This document shows, piece after piece, positions 36,217 through 45,808 of a DNA stretch of 64,000 nt. Numbering within the stretch: the stretch's first letter is position 1; every line of letters starts with the position of its first letter. The DNA is from an uncultured Traorella sp. (GTDB lineage: Bacteria; Bacillota_I; Bacilli_A; Erysipelotrichales; Erysipelotrichaceae). The stretch spans positions 6,250 through 70,249 of the forward strand of contig CALUVS010000002.1 of NCBI GenBank assembly GCA_944324265.1, written 5' to 3'. Under the pieces are notes generated by a model. It was not told the origin of the DNA, did not search any database, and worked only from the letters and a program-made list of their open reading frames with translations. The position numbers and the translations under genes were made by a program.

Positions 36217-37887
36217 ATGATTAAGACAGACTTAGAAATTGCTCAGGAAGCAAAAATGCAGCCGATTGAACAAGTAGCTGCCAAAGTAGGAATTGAGAGT
36301 GATGATCTGGAGTATTATGGTAAGTACAAAGCAAAGCTGAATTTGGATTTACTGCAGGGAAACAAAGAGAAAGAAGACGGAAAATTAATCTTAGTGACGG
36401 CAATCAATCCAACTAAAGCCGGTGAAGGAAAATCAACAACGACAGTTGGTTTAGGTGATGGTTTGAACCGCTTAGGCAAGAAAACCATCATTACATTGCG
36501 TGAGCCTTCTTTAGGGCCTGTATTTGGTTTGAAGGGCGGTGCTGCAGGCGGCGGATATGCGCAGGTAGTTCCGATGGAAGATCTGAACCTGCATTTTACA
36601 GGAGATATGCATGCAATTACGACATGCAATAATTTAATCAGTGCCTGCATTGATAACCATATTCATCAAGGAAATGAACTGCAGATTGATCCGGAACGTA
36701 TTACTTGGAAAAGATGTCTGGATATGAATGATCGTGTTTTGCGTCAGATTACTGTAGGACAAGGTCCAAAGTCCAATGGTGTTGAAAGAAAAGATGGATT
36801 TAATATTACAGTAGCCAGTGAAGTCATGGCTGTATTATGCTTATCTACTTCTTTGATGGATCTGAAGAAACGTCTGTCTGAAATGCTGGTTGCTTATAAT
36901 ATGAATGGAGATCCAGTTTATGTGAAAGATCTCAAGATAGAAGGAGCTTTGGCTTTGATCATGAAAGATGCAATCAAACCAAATCTTGTTCAGACATTAG
37001 AAAATAATCCGGCTATTGTGCATGGTGGCCCATTTGCTAATATTGCTCATGGATGCAATTCAATCATGGCCACAAAATTAGCCTTGAAATTAGCCGATTA
37101 TGTTGTGACTGAAGCAGGCTTCGGTGCTGATTTAGGGGCTGAAAAATTCTTAGATATCAAATGTCGTTTCGGTAATTTAAAACCAAATGCTGTTGTAATC
37201 GTTGCAACGATTCGTGCATTGAAGCAGCATGGTAATGTCGCTTTTGAAGATCTGAAGCAAGAAAATGTGGATGCAATGTTAGCCGGATGTGCCAACTTAG
37301 CTAAACACATTGATACAATCAAACAATTTGGTTTGCCTTATGTTGTGGCAATCAATGAATTTGCGACAGATACAGAAGCTGAAATCAAAGCACTGCAGAA
37401 CTGGTGCGAAGAGAACAATCATCCGATGTCTTTGTCTCAAGTATGGGCAAAAGGCGGAGAAGGAGCTCTTGATTTGGCTGAAAAGGTATGTGCTCTTGCG
37501 GAACAGCCAAACAGCTATGCACCATTATATGATGTCAATGAATCAATTGAGAAAAAGATTGAAACAATTGCCCAGAAAACTTATGGGGCAAAGGATGTGG
37601 TATTCACAGAAGAAGCTCAGAAACAAATTGAAATCTATAACAAATTAGGTTGGAACAAGACACCGATCTGTATGGCAAAAACACCTTCTTCTCTGACAGA
37701 TAATGATAAGATCCATGGTGCGCCAAAAGACTTTACGATTACTGTAAGAGAATTAAGACCATCTTTAGGGGCAGGGTTTATTGTAGCCTTGACAGGAAAT
37801 GTCATGACTATGCCTGGCTTGCCGAAACATCCTGCTGCTTTGGATATGGATATTGATGAAGCCGGTCATATCAAAGGCTTATTCTAG
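36217..37887 (+). CDS. fhs: Formate-tetrahydrofolate ligase
   Basis: [17 protein letters not shown]-loop and full-length FTHFS similarity. AGAGGTG RBS before ATG 36217. Confidence 0.95.
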   Translation: MIKTDLEIAQEAKMQPIEQVAAKVGIESDDLEYYGKYKAKLNLDLLQGNKEKEDGKLILVTAINPTKAGEGKSTTTVGLGDGLNRLGKKTIITLREPSLGPVFGLKGGAAGGGYAQVVPMEDLNLHFTGDMHAITTCNNLISACIDNHIHQGNELQIDPERITWKRCLDMNDRVLRQITVGQGPKSNGVERKDGFNITVASEVMAVLCLSTSLMDLKKRLSEMLVAYNMNGDPVYVKDLKIEGALALIMKDAIKPNLVQTLENNPAIVHGGPFANIAHGCNSIMATKLALKLADYVVTEAGFGADLGAEKFLDIKCRFGNLKPNAVVIVATIRALKQHGNVAFEDLKQENVDAMLAGCANLAKHIDTIKQFGLPYVVAINEFATDTEAEIKALQNWCEENNHPMSLSQVWAKGGEGALDLAEKVCALAEQPNSYAPLYDVNESIEKKIETIAQKTYGAKDVVFTEEAQKQIEIYNKLGWNKTPICMAKTPSSLTDNDKIHGAPKDFTITVRELRPSLGAGFIVALTGNVMTMPGLPKHPAALDMDIDEAGHIKGLF

Positions 37888-38498
37888 TGAAAAGGATACT
37901 GCTTTTTGTAAGTGGTATTGGAATTGTAGGATTTTCTGCAGCATTCATGACCAAGATCAATTTAGGCTTAGCTCCTTATGATGCCTCTGCTTTATCTCTA
38001 TCACTGCTGGCAGGCATTCAGGTAGGAACAATGAATACATGCTTGAATTTCATCTTTGTCTTCATGCAAAGCCTTTTTACGAAACGATTCAGTTTCAATC
38101 AGATAGTTCAGATCCTGATAGCTATTTTGCTTGGCATTCTTGTCAATTATTTCTATTATGGATGGCTCTCTGACTTGCAGTTGAACAGTTATCTTGTACG
38201 AATGCTGTGGTTTGTCATCATTGAATGCTTCTGTGCATTCGGAGTATTCTTAACTTTAGTATCGAATGTAGCTAGTTTTCCTGTGGAAAGCTTATGTGCA
38301 GTCTTGATCAAAAAATATCCCATGCCTTTCGGCAAAATGCGCCAAAGGGTGGATATCGGCTTGATTGCCTTGATTCTTATGCTCGTTGTATTTTTTCAAG
38401 GAGTCATGACATTGCGGGAAGGTACGATCATAGGATTGATTATTTTCGGTCCATTACTGATTTTATATGATCAGAAGCTAGCTCAGTATTTTCAATAA
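37887..38498 (+). CDS. YczE/DUF6198-like integral membrane protein
   Basis: Six hydrophobic segments. N-terminus GIGIVGFSAAFMTKINLGLAPYDA. GTG start overlapping the fhs stop. Confidence 0.65.
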   Translation: MKRILLFVSGIGIVGFSAAFMTKINLGLAPYDASALSLSLLAGIQVGTMNTCLNFIFVFMQSLFTKRFSFNQIVQILIAILLGILVNYFYYGWLSDLQLNSYLVRMLWFVIIECFCAFGVFLTLVSNVASFPVESLCAVLIKKYPMPFGKMRQRVDIGLIALILMLVVFFQGVMTLREGTIIGLIIFGPLLILYDQKLAQYFQ

Positions 38499-38522
38499 GA
38501 ACTCATGATTGAGTTCTTTTCT
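38497..38522 (+). terminator. Rho-independent terminator
   Basis: AAGAACTCA-TGAT-TGAGTTCTT followed by a T-run. Confidence 0.75.
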
Positions 38523-38638
38523 TGTTGTTATCAGAAAGAATGTACAGAAATATATAAAAACAGAAATGATATTTATATTTTTACATGAAGGAGATATGAT
38601 AAAATGTAAGCATGATAAAAAAATAACAAGGAGGAATT

Positions 38639-40105
38639 ATGAAAAAATTAATCACCTTATTTACCTCAGCATTTCTGCTGGCGGGGGTGGCAGGATGCAG
38701 TAATCCTGTAACAACTGAAACGGCTGATAACTTTGATAAAGAAGCGGCTGTTGTAGTTATCGGTGCTGGAGGAGCCGGTTTAAGTGCTGCGGTGGAAGCA
38801 GCTGATCAAGGAGCAGAAAGTGTAATTTTGCTAGAAAAAATGAGCAGTATCGGAGGAACAAGTTTTGTTTCTCAAGGTATGATTGCCGGATATGACACAC
38901 AAATTCAAAAAGCTACAAATGTGACAATTACTTACGAACAAATGTATGAAAATTTGATGAACAATGCTTCATATCGTTTAGATCCTGAATTAACAAAGAT
39001 TACAGTTGAAAAATCCGGTGAAACGATTGATTGGCTGATTGATCGTTTGAATGTGCCATTTCAGCCTGAAGCAATTGTTGGCTATGGTCCGCTGCAGATG
39101 ATGCACATTATCGGTAATGAAGAAGTAAAAGGCGGCTTTGCTTTAAATGAACCTTTCATGAATGCCCTGCAGGAAAAAGGGGTAGATCTGATGTTAGAAA
39201 CAAAAGCTACAGAAATTTTGATGAATGCTGACGGAAGTGTAAAAGGGGTTAAAGTAGAAACTGCTGAAGGTGAAATGAATATCGGTGCTAAAGCGATTGT
39301 TGTTGCAACCGGCGGTTATGCTTATAATCCAGAATTAGCTGAATTATTGACTCCTGAAGTTGCCGGAACATTTGGTATCGGACATCCGGCTTGTACTGGA
39401 GATGGCATTATCATGGCAAGTAATGTAGGAGCAGCTTTAACTCATACAGATAATATGATGGCGGTATTAAAAGATTATGAAATTATGGCTGAACATAACG
39501 GTAATTCAAATACAGCTAATGTAAGTCGTTTTATCGCTAGTCCAAGTACGATTTTAGTTGATGGCAACGGTGTTCGTTTCGTTGATGAAAAAAGCGGCGG
39601 TTATATGACACAGGAATTAAATTCACCTATTTTTGATCGTATGCACAAGACAGACTACGGGTATGTTTGGGCAATTGCTCCGAAAGCTGAAATTGAAGCA
39701 AGCGAAATCAAACGTGGTTTGGATATGGAATTTATAAGCGGAGAAACTGTTGAAGAATTGGCAACTAATATGGGTGTAGATACACAGACACTTGTGGAAA
39801 CAATTACTCATTACAATGAAATGGCGGTTGCTGGACAAGACAGTGATTTCAAACGTACAACAACACTTAATGTATTAGAGGGAGAATTAGTTGCGGTAAA
39901 GGTAGTTCCATGTGAAATCATTACTTACGGTGGAATTGCCCGCAATGAAAAAGCAGAGGTGCTGAAAGCAGATGGCAGCAGCATTGCAGGTTTGTATGTT
40001 GCCGGTGAAGCATCTGCAAATTCTGCTTATATGGGCTTTACTTTATCAAATGCAATTACATGGGGACGCATTGCCGGAGCCAATGCAGCAGCTTATACTA
40101 AATAA
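38639..40105 (+). CDS. Lipoprotein FAD-dependent oxidoreductase (fumarate/urocanate reductase flavoprotein-like)
   Basis: Lipobox LLAGVAGC, FAD dinucleotide fold VVVIGAGGAGLSAAVEAA, C-terminal GLYVAGE. AAGGAGG RBS. Confidence 0.88.
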   Translation: MKKLITLFTSAFLLAGVAGCSNPVTTETADNFDKEAAVVVIGAGGAGLSAAVEAADQGAESVILLEKMSSIGGTSFVSQGMIAGYDTQIQKATNVTITYEQMYENLMNNASYRLDPELTKITVEKSGETIDWLIDRLNVPFQPEAIVGYGPLQMMHIIGNEEVKGGFALNEPFMNALQEKGVDLMLETKATEILMNADGSVKGVKVETAEGEMNIGAKAIVVATGGYAYNPELAELLTPEVAGTFGIGHPACTGDGIIMASNVGAALTHTDNMMAVLKDYEIMAEHNGNSNTANVSRFIASPSTILVDGNGVRFVDEKSGGYMTQELNSPIFDRMHKTDYGYVWAIAPKAEIEASEIKRGLDMEFISGETVEELATNMGVDTQTLVETITHYNEMAVAGQDSDFKRTTTLNVLEGELVAVKVVPCEIITYGGIARNEKAEVLKADGSSIAGLYVAGEASANSAYMGFTLSNAITWGRIAGANAAAYTK

Positions 40106-40108
40106 GGA

Positions 40109-40136
40109 AATAACAGGCATATGCCTGTTATTTTTT
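40109..40136 (+). terminator. Rho-independent terminator
   Basis: Perfect palindrome AATAACAGGCAT/ATGCCTGTTATT followed by T6. Confidence 0.85.
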
Positions 40137-40139
40137 GGT

Positions 40140-40395
40140 ATGAAGAGTATGTCATCAGTCTGTGGTGAAAATCTATAAGGAACGAGATTGCCGATGAATC
40201 CTGTAGCGACTCCCTAGGCTTGGAGTCGTGAGGTACAAGCGACAGCAAAACCTGCAGGATTGCGTTTGATTACAAAAGAAATCCTCGCAGAGCGAGGACG
40301 TATTAGTTGTTTAGACTATTATTTGAATTGAACAACCGTATGCCGAACGGCACGTACGTTGATGTGAGAGGAATTAGAAATTAATTCTTATTTGA
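40140..40395 (+). ncRNA. Structured GC-rich noncoding element; possible decayed 3' stump of a group II intron (domain V/VI-like) or an unclassified RNA
   Basis: Nested stems 40197-40206/40252-40261, 40207-40228 and 40282-40298. The DV-like hairpin CAACCGUAUGCCGAACGGCACGUACGUUG (40333-40361) is followed by a hairpin with a bulged A (40367-40392). No ORF. Confidence 0.35.
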
Positions 40396-41286
40396 TTCAA
40401 AAAATGAAGTTTTATTTTGAGGAGATTGCATTGCTTTTTGATATTGCCTTGGAGTACATTTTTCTACTTTTTTAAAACTGTTGGAAAAATGATAAAGTGA
40501 AGAATAATTTAACATATCCGCAATTTCACTGATGGTATATAAACCGCTTGCCAAAAGCTTTTTTGCTTCAAGCATTTTTCTTTTTGCCATATAATTGCTG
40601 GGACTCATATCTAATACACTTTTAAAGGATTTGTACAAATAACTTTCACTAATTCCCATTTCAACAGCTAAAGAAGAAATAGAATAAGTATCATAAATAT
40701 GATTATTGATTCGCTGCATAGCTTCAGATACGATTGTACTAGTATCATGATTTTCTAAAAATTCAGGAATATGCTTAAAATCTTTGCCTTGAATGCGAAT
40801 AATTTCAATGCATAACTGTTTTAATAAAGCATTGATAATTCCTTGATAACCTAATTTCATTTGCCTTTTTTCTTCGAAAATAGCATAAATAATATTTTGT
40901 ATAATAGAATTAGTCATAATGACGCAGCTAGGATATGTCAGTAAATCTAAAAAGTGCTGAGTATTGCTGGAAGGAAGAATATCAAAGTGAATATAATAAT
41001 ATTCATATTGATCATGGTCTTCATTGATGGAAGTGACTAAGCCAAAAGGTTTAAGAATCATTAGATGATTTATTGAACAAATATATTTTTTATCTTCAAT
41101 CTGTGTATAACTGCCACCTTTAGTATAAAATACAATTTCAATATCATTGGAAGTATAACTTGCTTGTTTTGAAATACTAGAAGACCAAATTCCCAAACTG
41201 TTTATTCTAAAAGTCAATGAATTGAAGAATAAAGAAAGCTTATCTTCCATTGACTTTGTGGTTCTTTTTTCTGTTTGTATAAGCAT
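40381..41286 (-). CDS. AraC-family transcriptional regulator
   Basis: C-terminal double HTH (ISSLAVEMGISESYLYKSFK..., EIADMLNYSSLYHFSNSFKK). AAGGAG RBS. Confidence 0.9.
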   Translation of the reverse strand: MLIQTEKRTTKSMEDKLSLFFNSLTFRINSLGIWSSSISKQASYTSNDIEIVFYTKGGSYTQIEDKKYICSINHLMILKPFGLVTSINEDHDQYEYYYIHFDILPSSNTQHFLDLLTYPSCVIMTNSIIQNIIYAIFEEKRQMKLGYQGIINALLKQLCIEIIRIQGKDFKHIPEFLENHDTSTIVSEAMQRINNHIYDTYSISSLAVEMGISESYLYKSFKSVLDMSPSNYMAKRKMLEAKKLLASGLYTISEIADMLNYSSLYHFSNSFKKVEKCTPRQYQKAMQSPQNKTSFFESNKN

Positions 41287-41356
41287 AAAAATCTCCTTAA
41301 TCTCTATAACTTAATTCAATTATAGCGCAGTTCATAAATATAAATCTATAGAAGTA

Positions 41357-41402
41357 AATGACATTTTGTTCATATGACAAATCTGTCAGTGAGAATGTCA
41401 TT
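41357..41402. promoter_or_regulatory. 9-bp inverted repeat AATGACATT...AATGTCATT abutting an extended -10 (TGTTATACT, 41408-41416)
   Basis: Lies in the divergent AraC/membrane-protein intergenic region. Candidate regulator-binding site. Confidence 0.3.
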
Positions 41403-41440
41403 GGATATGTTATACTGAATACATAAAAGGGAGTGAAAAA

Positions 41441-43042
41441 ATGAAAAATAAAAGAATTCTGTATGGACTTCTTTCTTCGTTGATTTTATTAGCAGTGATG
41501 TTTTACATCTTCTTGCCTCCGCTGAATCCTACATCATTAGGATTTTGGATCTATTTATGGATTGGATGCATACCATTGATGATTGCTTGTCTGGCAGGTG
41601 CAGGGGTAAATAAGGTTAAAGTTGGCAGCGTCACTAAAACAGATAAAATCGTTTTGGGGATATTCAGCGGCTCCATTGCCGTAGTTATTGTGATCATGCT
41701 GGCTTCTTCCTCTATTTTCCATGCACAGGAATATGGCAATCGTATTGATTTAGTGGAAGCACCATTTGAAGATATTCCGGAAGTAGATTTCACTAAAACA
41801 GCTATCATTGACCGAGATTCTACTTTGGTGTTAGGGGATCGTACATTGGGTCAGCTGCCTGAATTGATCAGTCAGTTTGATGTCAGTGAGATTTATTCAC
41901 AGATATCTTATCAAGATACAATTGTCCGTGTAACGCCATTGGATTACAATGGCATGATTAAATACTTTACAAATCGCAGTGAAGGGATACCGGCTTATAT
42001 TATTGTCAATGCGACGAATGGACAATCTGATCTAGTGAAATTAGAAGATCTTGGATTGCAAGGAATTCGTTATACAGAGAATGCAATGTTCTTTGAAGAT
42101 CGTGATCGCCGGATGCGTTTTGCTTATCCGACAGAAATTTTCTATGAAACAAATTTTGAGATTGATGAAGAGGGTGTTCCGTATTGGATTACTTCAACGG
42201 TCAAATACAAAGGAATTAATCAAAAGCCAACAATTACCGGCGTCATTGCCATGAATGCCATTGATGGATCAATGACAAAATACGAAGTGGGTGAAATTCC
42301 TGAATGGATCGATCGCGTGTATGCCAGTGATTTGGTCATTGAACAAGTAAATCAGGCAGGGGCTTATGTACATGGATTCTGGAACTCTATTTTTGGTCAA
42401 AGAGATGTCTTCCAGACAACAGAAGGATATAACTATATTGTACTGAATGATGACATTTGGCTGTATACAGGAATTACTTCTGCCAATGCTGATGAATCCA
42501 ATATTGGTTTTGTTTTGATCAATCAGCGTACACAGGAAGCGAAGAAAATTATGTCTCCGGGAGCAGAAGAATTTAGTGCGATGTCCAGTGCTCAAGGAAA
42601 AGTTCAGCACTTAGGCTATACTTCTACCTTCCCATTGCTGATCAATGTCAGCGGCAGACCGACGTATCTTGTATCTTTGAAAGATAATGCCGGATTAGTA
42701 AAAATGTATGCCATGATTGACTGTGCTGACTATCAGCGTGTTGTCACTGTAAATCAGGAACAAGGTCTGGAAGCCTTAAAGCGTGAATACCAAGCAACCA
42801 TGAATATTGTGGATACTGATGATCTGAAGAAAGAATTAATTACTATTTCAGAATTATCTGTTGTCAATATGGATGGCTACACTTATTACTTTATCAAAGA
42901 TGAAGATGGTGATATTTATCGTGCCAATATTACTGTCAGTCAGACGATATTGCCGTTTATGAAAGTAGATGAACAATATCAGGTTGTGACTCGTCCGCAG
43001 GATGATATACTGGAAATCATTGAAATAGAACAAGCTGAATAG
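41441..43042 (+). CDS. Conserved-looking membrane-anchored protein of unknown function (3 N-terminal TM segments plus a ~430-aa extracytoplasmic domain)
   Basis: GGGAGTG RBS and a 533-aa ORF. No family recognised. Confidence 0.75.
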   Translation: MKNKRILYGLLSSLILLAVMFYIFLPPLNPTSLGFWIYLWIGCIPLMIACLAGAGVNKVKVGSVTKTDKIVLGIFSGSIAVVIVIMLASSSIFHAQEYGNRIDLVEAPFEDIPEVDFTKTAIIDRDSTLVLGDRTLGQLPELISQFDVSEIYSQISYQDTIVRVTPLDYNGMIKYFTNRSEGIPAYIIVNATNGQSDLVKLEDLGLQGIRYTENAMFFEDRDRRMRFAYPTEIFYETNFEIDEEGVPYWITSTVKYKGINQKPTITGVIAMNAIDGSMTKYEVGEIPEWIDRVYASDLVIEQVNQAGAYVHGFWNSIFGQRDVFQTTEGYNYIVLNDDIWLYTGITSANADESNIGFVLINQRTQEAKKIMSPGAEEFSAMSSAQGKVQHLGYTSTFPLLINVSGRPTYLVSLKDNAGLVKMYAMIDCADYQRVVTVNQEQGLEALKREYQATMNIVDTDDLKKELITISELSVVNMDGYTYYFIKDEDGDIYRANITVSQTILPFMKVDEQYQVVTRPQDDILEIIEIEQAE

Positions 43043-43046
43043 TAAA

Positions 43047-43082
43047 GAAAACAGCTATCATCATTGGGTGACAGCTGTTTTT
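43047..43082. terminator. Bidirectional terminator between convergent genes
   Basis: AAAACAGCT...AGCTGTTTT. Confidence 0.7.
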
Positions 43083-44490
43083 ACGTATTCTTCTTATCGA
43101 TTGGTGTACGAATCATCAATTGAACAAGCTTATCCCAATGAAAGGGAATCAAGGGATACAGATAGCCTTGATGCAGAATGGTTTTCGTAAATAACAAAGT
43201 CATGAAAATAACTAAGACCCCAACAATAAAACCGACAACATTGAAAGCTCCTGTCATCAGCAATAACATGATGCGGCATAGTTTGAAGGAATATCCCAAT
43301 TCATAAGAAGGCTGTGTAAAATTCGCTAAAGAAACAAAAGACATATAAAGAAGCACTTCCGGAACAAACCAATGAGCTTTGATGGCAAACTCTCCCAAAA
43401 CCAAAGCACCGATGACCCCGAAAGAACCGTTCAATGAACTTGGGGTATTCAGACTGGCCAGCTTAATGGCATCAATCAGAAACTCCACAATCAATAACTG
43501 AATTAAAATTGGCACAGCATTCATCTCTTCCACTAAAAGAAAATGCAGCGATTGCGGAAATAAATCAGGATTTTGAATGAATAAGTACCATAATGGTGTT
43601 AAAAACAAGGTAAAAAAGAAGACAATTCCTCGAACCCATCTTAAATAAGTTCCTACTAATGGCGGAAAGTAATAATCGTTAGTCTCCTGAACAAAATCAA
43701 AGAAAGAAGTCGGCAAGATCATAGCTGCCGGTGAATTATCTACAAGCACTAGTATTTTTCCTTCATAGATATTGGCAGCTGCGGTATCCGGTCTTTCTGT
43801 GTAGCGCACACGAGGAAAAGGATTCCACCAACTTTTCTTGATCAGACATTCAGCTAAGCTCTCCTGTGCCAAAGATAAGCTTGCAATATCAATGCTTTGG
43901 ATTTCCTTCTGTAATGTTTGTAATGAATTGTGATCTACACGATCATTTAAATAACAAAGAACAACGTCTGTATGTGATTTATTGCCTACCTGCATCAATT
44001 TCATTGTTAATTCATTGTCTCGAATTCTTCGCCGAATCAAAGCTGTATTAAATACCAATGTTTCCACAAAGCCATCTCTTGAACCGCGGAGGACTTTATC
44101 ATCTTCCGGTTCACTCAAAGAACGATTGGGATATGTTCTGGCATCAATGGCAATCGCCTGATTCAAATCCTCAACAATCAATAAAATCGTCCCTGATAAT
44201 ATCTGTGTAATGACCGTATTCAGATCATCCAAGCATTCGACTTCCACATAAGGAATCATCTGCATTTCAAATAAAGATGTCGTTAAATCAGTTATATCTT
44301 CTTTTTTTACTTTCATAAGAAACTCAAGTATTTTCTCCATGATTTCATCTTTGACAAAACCATCCAACATGAACATACTTGCTTGCTTTTCACCAAGTAT
44401 AAAGCTTCTTTCAATAAGATCAAAGCTTTCATTTAATCGCAGTGCTTTGGATATCACATATCTATTTTCTTCAAAATTATTGCCTAGCAT
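43081..44490 (-). CDS. GerA-family spore germination protein (solitary, SpoVAF-like)
   Basis: GerA family core (LSGTILLIVEDLNQAIAIDARTYPNRSLSEPE..VLRGSRDGFVETL) plus a C-terminal TM region. No gerAB/gerAC partner genes are adjacent. Confidence 0.85.
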   Translation of the reverse strand: MLGNNFEENRYVISKALRLNESFDLIERSFILGEKQASMFMLDGFVKDEIMEKILEFLMKVKKEDITDLTTSLFEMQMIPYVEVECLDDLNTVITQILSGTILLIVEDLNQAIAIDARTYPNRSLSEPEDDKVLRGSRDGFVETLVFNTALIRRRIRDNELTMKLMQVGNKSHTDVVLCYLNDRVDHNSLQTLQKEIQSIDIASLSLAQESLAECLIKKSWWNPFPRVRYTERPDTAAANIYEGKILVLVDNSPAAMILPTSFFDFVQETNDYYFPPLVGTYLRWVRGIVFFFTLFLTPLWYLFIQNPDLFPQSLHFLLVEEMNAVPILIQLLIVEFLIDAIKLASLNTPSSLNGSFGVIGALVLGEFAIKAHWFVPEVLLYMSFVSLANFTQPSYELGYSFKLCRIMLLLMTGAFNVVGFIVGVLVIFMTLLFTKTILHQGYLYPLIPFHWDKLVQLMIRTPIDKKNT

Positions 44491-44530
44491 AAATCACCTC
44501 TGATGCTAGTATGAGCAGTTTGAAAAAAAC

Positions 44531-44558
44531 AAACAAAAATACAGGAATTCTCCTGTAT
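44531..44558 (-). terminator. Rho-independent terminator
   Basis: ATACAGGA-GAAT-TCCTGTAT followed by a U-rich tail on the minus strand. Confidence 0.7.
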
Positions 44559-45029
44559 CTATTTCAAATCTTTTTTAAATTGATCAAAGGCTTTTTCAAA
44601 AGAATCATAAATAGGAATTTGATTGCCTGTCAGTATACCGATGACCATGGAATTAAAGCCTAAACTGCTTTCATATCCGCAGTTTCCGTTGCGTGAAAGA
44701 CGAATGTCATGAATCACTGGATAAATACGAATATTCTTTCCCTGCAGTTTCTTTTCCATGATGAGTCCTAAAGCGACACAAGAACCGCTGTCTTCATTGG
44801 CTAAATCAAAGAATACAACATCTGCACAAGATAAACGCTCATAGTCAAGAGCATAAATCTGAGCTGCAGTTACATCCTTTTGATCATTGGTCGGAAAGTC
44901 AATGGGATTGAATAATTGATATTCGATGTTTTCTTGTTCCAGCCATTCGCGTATCTTTTTTCCCTCATAAATACGCTGTTTGCTTTCGGCTTCGGTAAAT
45001 AAAGGTCCTACATTGTATATTGTAATCAT
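44559..45029 (-). CDS. Nucleoside 2-deoxyribosyltransferase-family protein
   Basis: IYNVGPLFTEAE N-terminus and FFDLANEDSGSCVALG core, with a Rossmann-like NDT fold pattern. AGGAG RBS. Confidence 0.75.
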   Translation of the reverse strand: MITIYNVGPLFTEAESKQRIYEGKKIREWLEQENIEYQLFNPIDFPTNDQKDVTAAQIYALDYERLSCADVVFFDLANEDSGSCVALGLIMEKKLQGKNIRIYPVIHDIRLSRNGNCGYESSLGFNSMVIGILTGNQIPIYDSFEKAFDQFKKDLK

Positions 45030-45038
45030 AAGCTTCTC

Positions 45039-45806
45039 CTATAAATTTGATTTAGTAAATAAACGGCGATAATTCTCTTTCATCTGATCCATCAATATTT
45101 GAGAATCTATTTCTTTGATCTCACATACTTTTTCAAATGTCAGGTGAACATAAGCAGGTTCATTTTCTTTTCCTCGGAATGGATGCGGTGTTAAATAAGG
45201 GGCATCTGTTTCCACAAATATCCGATCAATGGGAGCTTGTCTGCACACTTCTGGTGCATCTTTCGCATTCTTAAAAGTCAATGGACCGGCAAAAGATAAA
45301 TAGAATCCCATCTTTAACAATATTTTGCTTGTTTCTGCACTGCCGGAATAACAGTGCATGATACCAATGCAAGGATTTTGCTTCAATATTTCAATGGTAT
45401 CTTGAGTAGCATCACGCATATGAACCAAGATCGGCAATTGCAGCTGATTCGCTAACTGTATCTGACGAATAAATAATTCCTTCTGTTTTTCTTTGTTGTC
45501 AGAAACCCAGTAATAATCCAGACCGATTTCACCTAAAGCGACCATATGCGGATCGGCTAAGATTTCTTCCAGTACCTCAAAATCATGCTCATTGATTTCA
45601 TCGACATTTTCCGGATGATAGCCAAAAGCACAATCAAAGATGTCGTATTTCTCAGCTGCCTGAATAGCTAGGCGAGCTTCTGATTCACTGCAGCAGACAA
45701 TGAGTATTTTTTCAATGTTATGAGCTTTGGCATTGGCCACAATCTCATCAATTCTGCCGACCAATCGCTCACAGGTTACATGTGAATGTGTATCGATAAT
45801 TCCCAT
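45039..45806 (-). CDS. tatD: TatD-family metal-dependent hydrolase (YabD-like)
   Basis: IDTHSH, GEIGLDY, HCYSG and ETDAPYL motifs. Confidence 0.92.
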   Translation of the reverse strand: MGIIDTHSHVTCERLVGRIDEIVANAKAHNIEKILIVCCSESEARLAIQAAEKYDIFDCAFGYHPENVDEINEHDFEVLEEILADPHMVALGEIGLDYYWVSDNKEKQKELFIRQIQLANQLQLPILVHMRDATQDTIEILKQNPCIGIMHCYSGSAETSKILLKMGFYLSFAGPLTFKNAKDAPEVCRQAPIDRIFVETDAPYLTPHPFRGKENEPAYVHLTFEKVCEIKEIDSQILMDQMKENYRRLFTKSNL

Positions 45807-45808
45807 AG

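Noticed and set aside
40150-40175. Hammerhead ribozyme core (CUGAUGA on the minus strand).
   Set aside because: No stem II hairpin followed by GAAA and no compatible stems I/III. An isolated heptamer match is expected by chance.
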